Positions 8,110-16,383 of a stretch of 30,691 nucleotides of DNA are shown here, piece by piece. Source of the stretch: a virus (taxonomy: Duplodnaviria > Caudoviricetes); IMG/VR virus record IMGVR_UViG_3300022670_001121, positions 1-30,691 of that record; one strand, written 5' to 3'. The notes below the pieces were generated by a model. It made no database searches. It worked only from the letters and a program-made list of their open reading frames with translations, and was not told the DNA's origin. Numbering within the stretch: the stretch's first letter is position 1; the number at the start of each line of letters is the position of its first letter. The position numbers and the translations under genes are program-made.

Positions 8110-8415
8110 ATGAAAGACATCTACAAAATGAAACTGCATGAATACACAAACTCTGATAAAACAACAAAAATTACAAGAGTCCCCGGAGGATGGATTTATG
8201 AATCTATACTGATAGGATTTGGCATGACCTCAGTTTTCGTCCCTTGGCACGATTCAGGCCGTCAGATAGAGAACACCGGAAATTATGAGGAGTTGAAAGC
8301 AAAACTCCAAAAAGCTGACGATATTTTGTTTCGGCTTGATTCGAATATTTTACATACTGATGCAGGGCAAAAAGTCATCAGAAATATCATAAATGAATAC
8401 TATGGAGATAAATGA
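8110..8415 (+). CDS. Hypothetical early phage protein
   Basis: 101 aa with GAGGA RBS, ITRVPGGWIY motif and C-terminal helical segment. Confidence 0.7.
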   Translation: MKDIYKMKLHEYTNSDKTTKITRVPGGWIYESILIGFGMTSVFVPWHDSGRQIENTGNYEELKAKLQKADDILFRLDSNILHTDAGQKVIRNIINEYYGDK

Positions 8416-8657
8416 GTAAAGAGCGTCTAGTCATACTAAAAGAAGCCTTGGGATGTAAGCAGGATAACGGATTGATTCGGGTATACGGGTTCAATTATCA
8501 AACACTGTCAAACTGGAGAAAAGGGCAGATTTATAAAACCACAGAAGTCCTGCTTGATTTAGTTGTTAAACAGCATGAACTGTTGAGCGAAGAGCAGAAA
8601 GAGCAGGTAATAGAGAAGATGACCGCTCAATATTTCTCTAAAAATATGGACTGGTAG
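8412..8657 (+). CDS. Putative Cro/XRE-like helix-turn-helix regulator
   Basis: 81 aa. DNGLIRVYGFNYQTLSNWRKG resembles the XRE HTH recognition helix (x-T-L-S-N-W-x-x-G). Last gene before a terminator. Confidence 0.6.
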   Translation: MSKERLVILKEALGCKQDNGLIRVYGFNYQTLSNWRKGQIYKTTEVLLDLVVKQHELLSEEQKEQVIEKMTAQYFSKNMDW

Positions 8658-8710
8658 AAATATATCTCTCAAGATATAGTCCTGCAAAGGATTCTAAGCT
8701 AAAAGTGTTT

Positions 8711-8737
8711 AACGGCCTCTGAAGGCCGTTTTTTTTT
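8711..8737 (+). terminator. Rho-independent terminator
   Basis: AACGGCCT-CTGA-AGGCCGTT stem-loop followed by a T run, at the end of the 6047-8657 cluster. Confidence 0.88.
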
Positions 8738-8863
8738 GGAGATAGCTGAGTATAGGGTGTGGTTTAAAAAGCCTGTTAAATAAATATGACAAAGACATAT
8801 TCCTTGGGTATATTACTTAGTCATATATCTAAGTCATATCACCTTGTAACACATACTATACCA

Positions 8864-9397
8864 ATGAAAACAACTATCGGAATAACAACAGATTTACTGA
8901 AACAAATAGAGAAAAACAGCAAAGAACTGAGCTTTAAATTTAAAGGTGAAGGGGTAACTTTTCTACTGAGAAATGCTCTTAGACATATCAGAAAAAGAGG
9001 TTATGATTCTTTTCTGATGAAAAATGAAGAGGTGCAATTAACAGCTCCAATGGATATTCCAAAGGAGAAAATACAGAAGATTGATCCGGCATGGAGGATT
9101 TATAAAGAAAGTTTAAAAAGTCCTCTCTATAAAAATCCTCTAGTCTGGCGCTTATGGATGTATTGTCTGGATAAAGCGGTGAGTGTAAAAAAGTTGATCT
9201 ATATCAACTCTTCAACATCCGTTACTTTAGAGGTGGGAAGTTTCCTGTCTTCCAATGCCAAGACATCAGAGGAGACAGGATTAACTGATAAGAACTACAG
9301 GGTAGGTATTAAACTGCTGACAGAAGAAAAGATGATAGAAACCGCCATGCACCAAAGCCGGGCGGTGGGGACTGTTATTAAGATTGTGGGGTGGTAA
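8864..9397 (+). CDS. RHH-like domain fused to phage replication-organiser-type winged-helix domain
   Basis: Likely start ATG 8864 (ORF track gives 8786). N-terminal MKTTIGITTDLLKQIE...VTFLLRNALR has a ribbon-helix-helix pattern. C-terminal WRIYKESLKSPLYKNPLVWRLWMYCLDKA...GSFLSSNAKTSEETGLT...GTVIKIVGW resembles the N-terminal wHTH of phage replication initiators. Confidence 0.6.
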   Translation: MKTTIGITTDLLKQIEKNSKELSFKFKGEGVTFLLRNALRHIRKRGYDSFLMKNEEVQLTAPMDIPKEKIQKIDPAWRIYKESLKSPLYKNPLVWRLWMYCLDKAVSVKKLIYINSSTSVTLEVGSFLSSNAKTSEETGLTDKNYRVGIKLLTEEKMIETAMHQSRAVGTVIKIVGW

Positions 9398-9405
9398 GTT
9401 ACAAG

Positions 9406-9759
9406 TCAAGAAAAGGTGGTTGTTTTATTTAGATTATCCTTATCTACCTTTTCTTGTAGGTCATTCTTTTGTTGTGTAAGTTTTCGAAGATTTTCTTTAT
9501 GTCTTATGATTTCCTCTTTTTCATGAGTTATTTGTCCGGTTAATTCCTGTAATAAAAAATTATGGGCTTCTGGGTAAGTATCTAAAATAATGTAATCATC
9601 AGTATATTTTGCCCATCTGCAGTTATCAAAATAAACCATTTTTGGGGTTTCTTTCTCAATGATGATTTTATCTATTGTATTTGTCTTGTGGCCGTGAATT
9701 CCAAATGAAGGCGACCAATAACCATACCTAGCAATATATTTGTTCATTATTATCTCCAA
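9406..9759 (-). CDS. Hypothetical protein with C-terminal coiled coil
   Basis: 117 aa (start may be a few codons downstream, GGAG RBS). Contains an EKETPKMVY motif. Confidence 0.65.
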   Translation of the reverse strand: MEIIMNKYIARYGYWSPSFGIHGHKTNTIDKIIIEKETPKMVYFDNCRWAKYTDDYIILDTYPEAHNFLLQELTGQITHEKEEIIRHKENLRKLTQQKNDLQEKVDKDNLNKTTTFS

Positions 9760-9770
9760 GATTAAAATAT

Positions 9771-10250
9771 TTAAAATGGCACATCATCTTCAACAGTTTC
9801 CTCATCATCCCCTTTAACCTCAAACTTTCTGGTCGTAGTTTTTTCCGCTTGCGGCTTATCATCATACCCTGGATAATTACTCGGCTTGTCGGTTCCTGCT
9901 CCATACCCTCCGCTTTGAGATTTAGGGTCCAGTAATTGAATATTCCTTCCCAGAATCTCAGTAGTATACCTCTTATTCCCGTCCTTATCCTGCCATTCTC
10001 TGGTCTGGAGACTACCTTCCACAAACAACTGCGAGCCTTTATGACAATACTGACTGACTACTTCAGCCAATCTTTCCCATAGCACCACTCTATGCCATTC
10101 TGTACGCTCCTGTTTATTCCCTTCCTTATCTTTATAAAACTCACTTGAAGCCAATGTCACATTGAGGACTGACTTACCTGATGGGGTTGTCTTCAATTCC
10201 GGGTCTTTTCCCAGCCTTCCGATTAAAAATACTTTGTTTAAATTGCCCAT
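9771..10250 (-). CDS. ssb: Single-stranded DNA-binding protein
   Basis: [42 protein letters not shown] and acidic tail EDDVPF. Confidence 0.97.
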   Translation of the reverse strand: MGNLNKVFLIGRLGKDPELKTTPSGKSVLNVTLASSEFYKDKEGNKQERTEWHRVVLWERLAEVVSQYCHKGSQLFVEGSLQTREWQDKDGNKRYTTEILGRNIQLLDPKSQSGGYGAGTDKPSNYPGYDDKPQAEKTTTRKFEVKGDDEETVEDDVPF

Positions 10251-10618
10251 TAATCCTCCACCGGTACAAGTTTAAATTTCTGTATTTTTTTCTTACTAAA
10301 TAAACCACTCTGTTCAAATGAATCTCTCTCTTGATCTATTGTCAAATTATCTCCAGGAGGAGAATAACTACATAACCATGAGTTATTCTCCTCATTATAC
10401 TCAACCCATAAATAAAGCTCCCCCGGCTCAATTTCCCATATCTGAGCTTTCTGGTCTTCAATCGACGGCCACCAACCACCAGCAGTGTTCTGCAAATAAC
10501 CATCATCACAAGAAATATCATATCTATACCAAGTCCCTTCTCTACACCTGATTCTTTTCCTAGTCCCTACAATCTTATCCAAAGCCTCTAAAAATCTGTA
10601 CTTTTTTGAATTTTCCAT
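10250..10618 (-). CDS. Hypothetical phage protein
   Basis: 122 aa, TAATG overlap with ssb. Confidence 0.68.
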   Translation of the reverse strand: MENSKKYRFLEALDKIVGTRKRIRCREGTWYRYDISCDDGYLQNTAGGWWPSIEDQKAQIWEIEPGELYLWVEYNEENNSWLCSYSPPGDNLTIDQERDSFEQSGLFSKKKIQKFKLVPVED

Positions 10619-10621
10619 AGT

Positions 10622-10804
10622 TTAATTTATAATTGTTGAAGTGCCGTTCATTGTATTCTGGAGTCTCACCAGCTCTTTGACCTCTTTCAGTTCTTTTTTC
10701 AGGTCTAATACCGCTGTGCAGAGTAAATCCAGTGTTTTAGATTGTTTATCCATGATCTGTAACTGCCTTTCAAAAGTATCCAATATTCTGTCTTTAATAG
10801 TCAT
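10622..10804 (-). CDS. Small coiled-coil protein
   Basis: 60 aa with heptad Leu pattern, packed in the operon. Confidence 0.6.
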   Translation of the reverse strand: MTIKDRILDTFERQLQIMDKQSKTLDLLCTAVLDLKKELKEVKELVRLQNTMNGTSTIIN

Positions 10805-10815
10805 AATTTATTTTA

Positions 10816-11106
10816 TTATTGGTTTGTTCCTGCGTAATGTAAAATGTTAACTGGAATTACAAAATTATTATCTGCCTCCTCAAAACATAAAGTTCCGTTT
10901 GTACTGTCATCTGTATACCCTAGATCCGGCTCGTATGTTCTGATTTTACCGATCAGATTACGACATAGCAGCTCCAAGTCTTCGCCACCATAATTCATTA
11001 AAACCGTTTCCCTTGTTGAGTCTTCATCTTTCATCCAATACGCAATAAGTTGTTCTTTAAAATCTGCTGGCGCTATCGCCTGAAATATAAAAAATTGTTT
11101 GTCCAT
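10816..11106 (-). CDS. Hypothetical phage protein
   Basis: 96 aa with AAGGGA RBS. Confidence 0.68.
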   Translation of the reverse strand: MDKQFFIFQAIAPADFKEQLIAYWMKDEDSTRETVLMNYGGEDLELLCRNLIGKIRTYEPDLGYTDDSTNGTLCFEEADNNFVIPVNILHYAGTNQ

Positions 11107-11132
11107 ATTTTCCCTTTATAGTTATTATCAAC

Positions 11133-11160
11133 TGTGTGTATAATTCATTTTATACACACA
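11133..11160. repeat. Perfect 11-6-11 inverted repeat, dif-like tyrosine-recombinase site candidate
   Basis: TGTGTGTATAA-TTCATT-TTATACACACA in a 65-bp intergenic gap. Same geometry and ATAA-N6-TTAT core as bacterial dif sites. The palindrome is directly visible, but the function is inferred. Confidence 0.6.
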
Positions 11161-11171
11161 CTTGGGTTAGT

Positions 11172-11354
11172 TTATGAGCCCTCTTCAATGATCTTTTTTA
11201 GGTACTTCTTTATACTCAACATCACGCCACCGCATTTTTGACATTGATCAGGGCAATCTGAACAAAAAGCCTCTCTACAATTCGGACAAATCTGTCCGTT
11301 ATCTGTTGCAAATATTTTACCGCATTTGCACATTGTACAGTCTATCTCTGACAT
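11172..11354 (-). CDS. Small Cys-rich zinc-finger protein
   Basis: 60 aa. CTMCKC, CPNC, CSDC and CQKC motifs, with GAGGAGG RBS. Confidence 0.72.
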   Translation of the reverse strand: MSEIDCTMCKCGKIFATDNGQICPNCREAFCSDCPDQCQKCGGVMLSIKKYLKKIIEEGS

Positions 11355-11378
11355 TCGTTGTCCTCCTCAGATTGTTTA

Positions 11379-11771
11379 TTAAAATTCCAGCCCGTACTTC
11401 TCCACTAACTCCGGGTTCTGGAAGACGTTGCCTAGAATCCATATTTTCTTCCACATTATAATATGTTTATATGCCTCCGGTTTATCTCCAACCGTCACTT
11501 TAAACTGAAAACATGCTTCATGAAATACTGTAATCCCTTTCATAGATTCATCTAGGTATGGTGATTCAAGATGACAAATATCCCCTTCAAAAATCTTCTT
11601 CCCGTTGATGTCCTTTACTCCGGTGTATTGAACGGTAAAGGAATCCCCTTCTCCTGAAATTTCCGCACGTTTCTTAATATTCTGTACATTGAACGAACGA
11701 TTATATCCGCCCATATTATCAGAAATATAACGGTCTAATAAAATCTCTCTCTGTTTCCACTTTATTCCCAT
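11379..11771 (-). CDS. YopX family protein
   Basis: QYTGVKDINGKKIFEGDI and ILGNVFQNPELVE are the YopX signature motifs. Confidence 0.9.
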   Translation of the reverse strand: MGIKWKQREILLDRYISDNMGGYNRSFNVQNIKKRAEISGEGDSFTVQYTGVKDINGKKIFEGDICHLESPYLDESMKGITVFHEACFQFKVTVGDKPEAYKHIIMWKKIWILGNVFQNPELVEKYGLEF

Positions 11772-11774
11772 AAT

Positions 11775-12122
11775 TTATTTTATTATTTCAGGTTTATTTA
11801 TCAGCTGCAAATGCTCTACTATATAGTTCATCATTCTTTTATACATTTTAACAGATTCAGCATCTGTTAAAAAACCTGCGATTCTCAATAGGTTAGATGC
11901 TCTACGCATTTCTTCAATATATTCTCCACAGCTGATTTTCATTCGGAACAAATGATTATATGTACTATCTAATTCAAACCCCTGCTCTTTAAGTTGTTCT
12001 GAAATAGTTTCAGGTACTACATCGGTACTAATCACTATGGATAGCCCGACCCTTTTATATCTCTCTCTAACCGCATTCGGATATAAAATACCTCTCTCTT
12101 TACATTTCATTTTTTCGGTCAA
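11775..12122 (-). CDS. Hypothetical phage protein
   Basis: About 115 aa. Start uncertain (TTG 12122 or ATG 12110). Confidence 0.6.
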   Translation of the reverse strand: MTEKMKCKERGILYPNAVRERYKRVGLSIVISTDVVPETISEQLKEQGFELDSTYNHLFRMKISCGEYIEEMRRASNLLRIAGFLTDAESVKMYKRMMNYIVEHLQLINKPEIIK

Positions 12123-12191
12123 GGATACGTCCCATAGTCTTTTAATACTTTAAAAAGTTCATTCCTTTTTTTGTTTGTTTATATATAATAA

Positions 12192-12216
12192 GCAGAGAGT
12201 TTGTAGGTCTCTCTGC
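12192..12216. repeat. Intergenic hairpin
   Basis: GCAGAGAG-N9-CTCTCTGC just after the stop of 12223..12489, with only a weak U-tract. Possible weak terminator or processing site. Confidence 0.45.
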
Positions 12217-12222
12217 CTTCGG

Positions 12223-12489
12223 TTAATCTGATATAATGCCATGGTCGGTTAATACTACCTGTTCCTGAGTGTCCAATTCATTCCAGGTTTTATTAATCAT
12301 GGTCTCAGCTTCTGGGGTTAATTCACCGGTTGAGTGGTTTACAAACTCCTCACACATACCCAGAATGACTACTCTCACTGTCTGAGTTTCATGATCCCAA
12401 CACAGAGCCTCTGCTATATTCATCGACTCCAACATTACGAACATGTTCATTTGCCCCATCTCCGTCTTTTTTTCTCCCATCTGATTCAC
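12223..12489 (-). CDS. Hypothetical acidic phage protein
   Basis: 88 aa, GTG start with GAGGAGG RBS. Overlaps the 3' end of the upstream gene. Confidence 0.6.
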   Translation of the reverse strand: MNQMGEKKTEMGQMNMFVMLESMNIAEALCWDHETQTVRVVILGMCEEFVNHSTGELTPEAETMINKTWNELDTQEQVVLTDHGIISD

Positions 12490-12763
12490 TTCTGTCCTCC
12501 TCTATAATAGCAATTACTGTTGCTGTTGTATCCGGTTTTTTAAGATAAACCGTCTTCAGAATATAAAGATCATCACCTAGCCAGACACTATGGCAATACC
12601 GCCATTTATGCCTTGTTTCTCCGGCCACTACTACTCCGCAGCATTGAAAAGGATTTCTTCCGATAACATCTTTTACAATCTGCACCTGCTGTTCCAGCCT
12701 GCTTTTACTCAGTCCTTTTTCCTGAATAAACTCATCATCAATCCGTCGTACTTTATATTTCAT
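12389..12763 (-). CDS. Hypothetical phage protein
   Basis: Start reassigned to ATG 12763 (AAGGAGG RBS): MKYKVRRIDDEF... Confidence 0.65.
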   Translation of the reverse strand: MKYKVRRIDDEFIQEKGLSKSRLEQQVQIVKDVIGRNPFQCCGVVVAGETRHKWRYCHSVWLGDDLYILKTVYLKKPDTTATVIAIIEEDRSESDGRKKDGDGANEHVRNVGVDEYSRGSVLGS

Positions 12764-12776
12764 ATTCACACCTCCT

Positions 12777-12974
12777 TTAACCCGGTATATAATTAATAGT
12801 CTGCACTGCTCTATCCCAGCATTCATCACACTGATTATGTAATAACGGACTGTTCTGAATCTCCATTTCATCTTCTATCAGTTCAACCGCATGTTCATGA
12901 CTTGCGGCCTCTACTGTCACCTTACCTTTAAAACTGATTTCAGTCTCAAAAGTGTATTCATATAACTCCGGCAT
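12777..12974 (-). CDS. Hypothetical phage protein
   Basis: 65 aa with GGAG RBS. The VTVEAASHEHAVELIE pattern (V-x-A-x-S-x-E-x-A) is common in small phage proteins. First gene of the leftward operon. Confidence 0.7.
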   Translation of the reverse strand: MPELYEYTFETEISFKGKVTVEAASHEHAVELIEDEMEIQNSPLLHNQCDECWDRAVQTINYIPG

Positions 12975-13023
12975 TTTTTCTCCGTTGAGTTAAAAATAAA
13001 AGGTTGTGTTAAATAACAATAAT

Positions 13024-13106
13024 AAGATATTTATACAGTAGATAATTTGTCAAGCATTAAATAAATATTATTACACTTGACAATAAATTTATTTAATAGT
13101 TATTCT
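13024..13106. promoter_or_regulatory. Back-to-back divergent sigma70 promoters with operator-like inverted repeat
   Basis: Plus strand: TTGACA 13077-13082, N18, TATTCT 13101-13106. Minus strand: TTGACA 13053-13048, N18, TATCTT 13029-13024. Inverted repeat ATTAAATAAAT (13056-13066) / ATTTATTTAAT (13087-13097). Confidence 0.7.
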
Positions 13107-13136
13107 TAGTCTGTATTCAAATAAAAGGAGGTCAAA

Positions 13137-13334
13137 TTGGATGAATTTAAAAAAGAGAGAAAAGTAGTCACCCGATCAATTACCGTCGGAGATGACATAG
13201 TGCAGTTTTTTAATTGGCTGGCAGAAAATAATTATAACAGAAGTAAAGTTGTAATAAACAGTCTGATAAACCATCACGTATATAAAACATATATAATGGA
13301 GAGAAAAAAATGCCTAAAACCTGGGAAGAAGTAA
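13137..13334 (+). CDS. Putative ribbon-helix-helix (Arc/CopG-like) regulator
   Basis: 65 aa, TTG start with AAGGAGG RBS. VTRSITV (beta strand), DDIVQFFNWLAE (helix) and NRSKVVINSL (helix with conserved S). Confidence 0.62.
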   Translation: MDEFKKERKVVTRSITVGDDIVQFFNWLAENNYNRSKVVINSLINHHVYKTYIMERKKCLKPGKK

Positions 13335-13624
13335 CTGAAGATATAGCTCAACTAGAAAGGCAAGGTATTGAAAAACCAACCAGTAATGCCTTATCGTGGC
13401 AACAAGGCAGAAAGTTAGTGGCCGAAAAGGAAAGGAAAGATATTTATGTGATTGTGTCAAGCTACAGAGGCGGAAAAAATGACGCTTTAATCCATGAACA
13501 GGAAGTAAACAGCGCAGGCCTTAAGGATATCCGTAAAAGGGTTCAGTACCTGAAAAAACAGCATAAGCATAAACAATACATACTCCGTATAGCAAAACTG
13601 GTATTCATAGATGAGGAAGAATGA
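13310..13624 (+). CDS. Hypothetical phage protein
   Basis: 104 aa with GGAG RBS, coupled to both neighbours. Confidence 0.68.
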   Translation: MPKTWEEVTEDIAQLERQGIEKPTSNALSWQQGRKLVAEKERKDIYVIVSSYRGGKNDALIHEQEVNSAGLKDIRKRVQYLKKQHKHKQYILRIAKLVFIDEEE

Positions 13625-14556
13625 GAGAAGACCAGGCCTACTTCAACTCAAAAGCCATAGGAAGCAGTCTGTTATCTACCTTTATCCAAAGCCCTGACCA
13701 TGCTTTAATGCAGGTTCATCCTACTAATTATATGGAAAACGGCAGGATATGGGAAGATTTGGTGCAGTATCAGATAATCGGAGACAAAAGCGGTTTTACT
13801 GATAAATACTATCGATCTGAAACCGATAACCTGCCTGTTTCCCAAACCTACAGGTCTATTCCTGATATTATGGATGATGATGATATCACACAGGCTGTAG
13901 CAGACGGATATATTTATAGTAAGGACGGATCATTAAACGCAAGACAGAATGCCAGGCATACTCTGTTTGATGAGATAAAAGAGAACGGCTATAAAAGGCC
14001 GATACCTCTTGAATGCTGGGGAAAAATGCAGAAAATGTGGCATAATTTCTCTAAGGCTCAGTATAAAGGCCGGAATATAGTAAATATGCTGAGAAGCATT
14101 AAAGATGTGAAATTTCAGACTATCCATTACTGGACTGATATTTCAGGAGCAGAGTGCAGAATGAAGTCTGATATTGAAGCCGTTTATCCTACTGAGCAGG
14201 GACTCCAGGGAATGATTATTGATCTGAAATGTGCTTCCAATGTCACAGAGTACGGCAATAACAGAAACAGATGGCAGGAGAGACATTATGTGACCGGATA
14301 CAGACAGTATTGTCTGAAAAATAAGATTAACCCACCTCAACACATGATTTTCGCTATATCTGAACAGAAAATTCCTTATCTGACTTATGTTGATTATCTT
14401 GAAAATCCGCTGGAATATAACAGAGATTATATATTTGAGAACCAGGAAAAGTATCAGGAACATCTGGAAGCATGCCACAAATGGATCAAGGCAGGTAAAA
14501 AAAGTAAAGGGTTTAAAGAAAGAGTTTTAGATAAATATTTCAGACCTATTAACTAA
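13621..14556 (+). CDS. PD-(D/E)XK exonuclease, RecE/exonuclease VIII (DUF3799)-like
   Basis: YFNSKAIGSSLLSTFIQSP N-terminal motif, CRMKSDI, IIDLKC and WQERHY. Directly upstream of a RecT-like gene. Confidence 0.8.
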   Translation: MREDQAYFNSKAIGSSLLSTFIQSPDHALMQVHPTNYMENGRIWEDLVQYQIIGDKSGFTDKYYRSETDNLPVSQTYRSIPDIMDDDDITQAVADGYIYSKDGSLNARQNARHTLFDEIKENGYKRPIPLECWGKMQKMWHNFSKAQYKGRNIVNMLRSIKDVKFQTIHYWTDISGAECRMKSDIEAVYPTEQGLQGMIIDLKCASNVTEYGNNRNRWQERHYVTGYRQYCLKNKINPPQHMIFAISEQKIPYLTYVDYLENPLEYNRDYIFENQEKYQEHLEACHKWIKAGKKSKGFKERVLDKYFRPIN

Positions 14557-14565
14557 AGGAGAACA

Positions 14566-15702
14566 ATGGAAGATGAGAACAAAGAACTGGTAAAAAGAGA
14601 AGAAAATTCAATAGTGGTACAGGATAACAGCGAATTTGCCTGTTATCTGGATACAGGCAAATTCAATCAGACCTGGCGTGTAGCCAAGATGTTCGCAGGT
14701 TCTGCCCTAGTTCCTGCGCATTACAGAGGTAAAACCGAAGATTGTATGATAGTCTTTAATCAGGCTGTCAGACTCGGCGTTGATCCCATGCTGTTTATGC
14801 AGAAAACCTATGTCATCAGCGGCAAATTAGGTATTGAGACTCAGATGGCTATTGCTTTAACCAATAAAGCTAAAATCTTTAAGGATTTACTTAAATATGA
14901 ATATTCAGGTGAAAAAACAACTACAGGAGATACCCGGAAATGCGTAGTTTCCGCCATCACACAGAACGGGATGGAGTGTACAGCTGAGTGCAGCGTCCAG
15001 GATGCCAAAGATGCAGGATGGTGGAGCAAGCCCGGAACTCTATGGCCTAAACTCACCTCTGATTTTCTGACTTACAGAGCGGCAATCAGACTGATCAGGA
15101 GGTATTGTCCCCAAGTGCTGTTTGGTATGGAAACGGTTGAGGAGCTGCATGACTCGAAGTTAATAGACATCACACCGGAAAGCCCGGATCTACCGAAGGA
15201 AAAGAAACAGAAAAAGACTGAAAAGACTGAACCCAAATTTAAAGATCCCTGGGAAGATAAGGACAATCCTCAATCGGGATTTAAAAAAGGTAATTCAGCA
15301 CAGGTCGCTAATGATGTGAGTATACCGTCTGATACCGGAGAAAACGAAGACCGCCAAGCGGTATATGAATTAAGAAGACTCTGTCAGACCCAGACTGCCG
15401 CTGTCACAAGAGCAATGTCGGAAAGAGGAGTCGGAGTTAAAATAAAAGCGGCCCTGAAGGAAAATGATGAGGAGCTGGCCGCAACACTGATACCTCTGAT
15501 TAAAATACATATAAAACATATCGCGTTATCCATCGATGTTCTTGCTTTACAAGCGGCTTTCGCAGATAATAAATATCTGGATCATTTTGATAAACTGGAA
15601 GATGAAACAGAATATAACCATGAAAAGATTAAAGATATCATCAAAGCCGACGATGACCGCACGGCCGTGAAAGTCATGGATATCATCAGAAGTTATAAAT
15701 AG
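14566..15702 (+). CDS. RecT-like single-strand annealing recombinase
   Basis: LVPAHYRGKTEDC, LGVDPMLFMQKTYVISGK, GWWSKPGTLW and LTYRAAIRLIRRYCPQVLFG. Long C-terminal extension. Confidence 0.82.
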   Translation: MEDENKELVKREENSIVVQDNSEFACYLDTGKFNQTWRVAKMFAGSALVPAHYRGKTEDCMIVFNQAVRLGVDPMLFMQKTYVISGKLGIETQMAIALTNKAKIFKDLLKYEYSGEKTTTGDTRKCVVSAITQNGMECTAECSVQDAKDAGWWSKPGTLWPKLTSDFLTYRAAIRLIRRYCPQVLFGMETVEELHDSKLIDITPESPDLPKEKKQKKTEKTEPKFKDPWEDKDNPQSGFKKGNSAQVANDVSIPSDTGENEDRQAVYELRRLCQTQTAAVTRAMSERGVGVKIKAALKENDEELAATLIPLIKIHIKHIALSIDVLALQAAFADNKYLDHFDKLEDETEYNHEKIKDIIKADDDRTAVKVMDIIRSYK

Positions 15703-15710
15703 GAGATGTA

Positions 15711-16079
15711 ATGGTGGAAGAAGTTATTCTAATGATATCGGAATTAATCACATTGATTCTGATTATTACTTTGTTAATCAAATATATTAAAACAGTCAGG
15801 GAAGTCCGTAAATTTAAATATGAAGCGGCTATGGCTGATTTTCATCACCGCAAAAGAATGGCGGATGCGGCCTTAAAGGAACAGGAACGCAGATTTGAAC
15901 GCGATTCTGATAAATGGATGAGGATACGAAAGGCTGAAATGGCTGAAGAGATGAAAATGTGGGAAGCTGAAGCCGCTGAAGAAGAAAGTAATCAGCATCA
16001 GACTGTCAACATAACCCCGAAAACTAAACAAATAACAGGAGAAGACAATGGAAAAGAAGAACAATATGGGAATAGATAA
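15711..16079 (+). CDS. Single-pass membrane protein with charged coiled coil
   Basis: 122 aa. Hydrophobic LITLILIITLLI followed by an E/K/R-rich helix. Confidence 0.65.
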   Translation: MVEEVILMISELITLILIITLLIKYIKTVREVRKFKYEAAMADFHHRKRMADAALKEQERRFERDSDKWMRIRKAEMAEEMKMWEAEAAEEESNQHQTVNITPKTKQITGEDNGKEEQYGNR

Positions 16080-16272
16080 AATTACAGATAAAGAACAATT
16101 TCAAAAAATGGCAGATAAACTTTTTTTAGAGAATACAGTAGAATATCAAAAAGCATGGATTGAAACAGGATGCTACGGCAGTTCGGCTTTGTATATTGAT
16201 TCTGATGGTAAGGCAAAGCATGTATCTCATACAGAATTAAAACAATCAACAGGACAAAATAATGAAAAATAA
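16048..16272 (+). CDS. Hypothetical phage protein
   Basis: 74 aa with AGGAG RBS. Confidence 0.6.
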   Translation: MEKKNNMGIDKITDKEQFQKMADKLFLENTVEYQKAWIETGCYGSSALYIDSDGKAKHVSHTELKQSTGQNNEK

Positions 16273-16383
16273 AGAGCAATTACAGCACAAGCAGAAAATG
16301 CACTATACAGACAGAGCATCCACAACCAGACATAAAACCTTTACTCTATTCACTATAATTCTATATACCAACAGGACAAAATA

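Noticed and set aside
9728-10024. 98-aa ORF overlapping ssb in another frame
   Set aside because: Almost wholly inside the well-supported ssb gene, with no RBS or recognisable motif.
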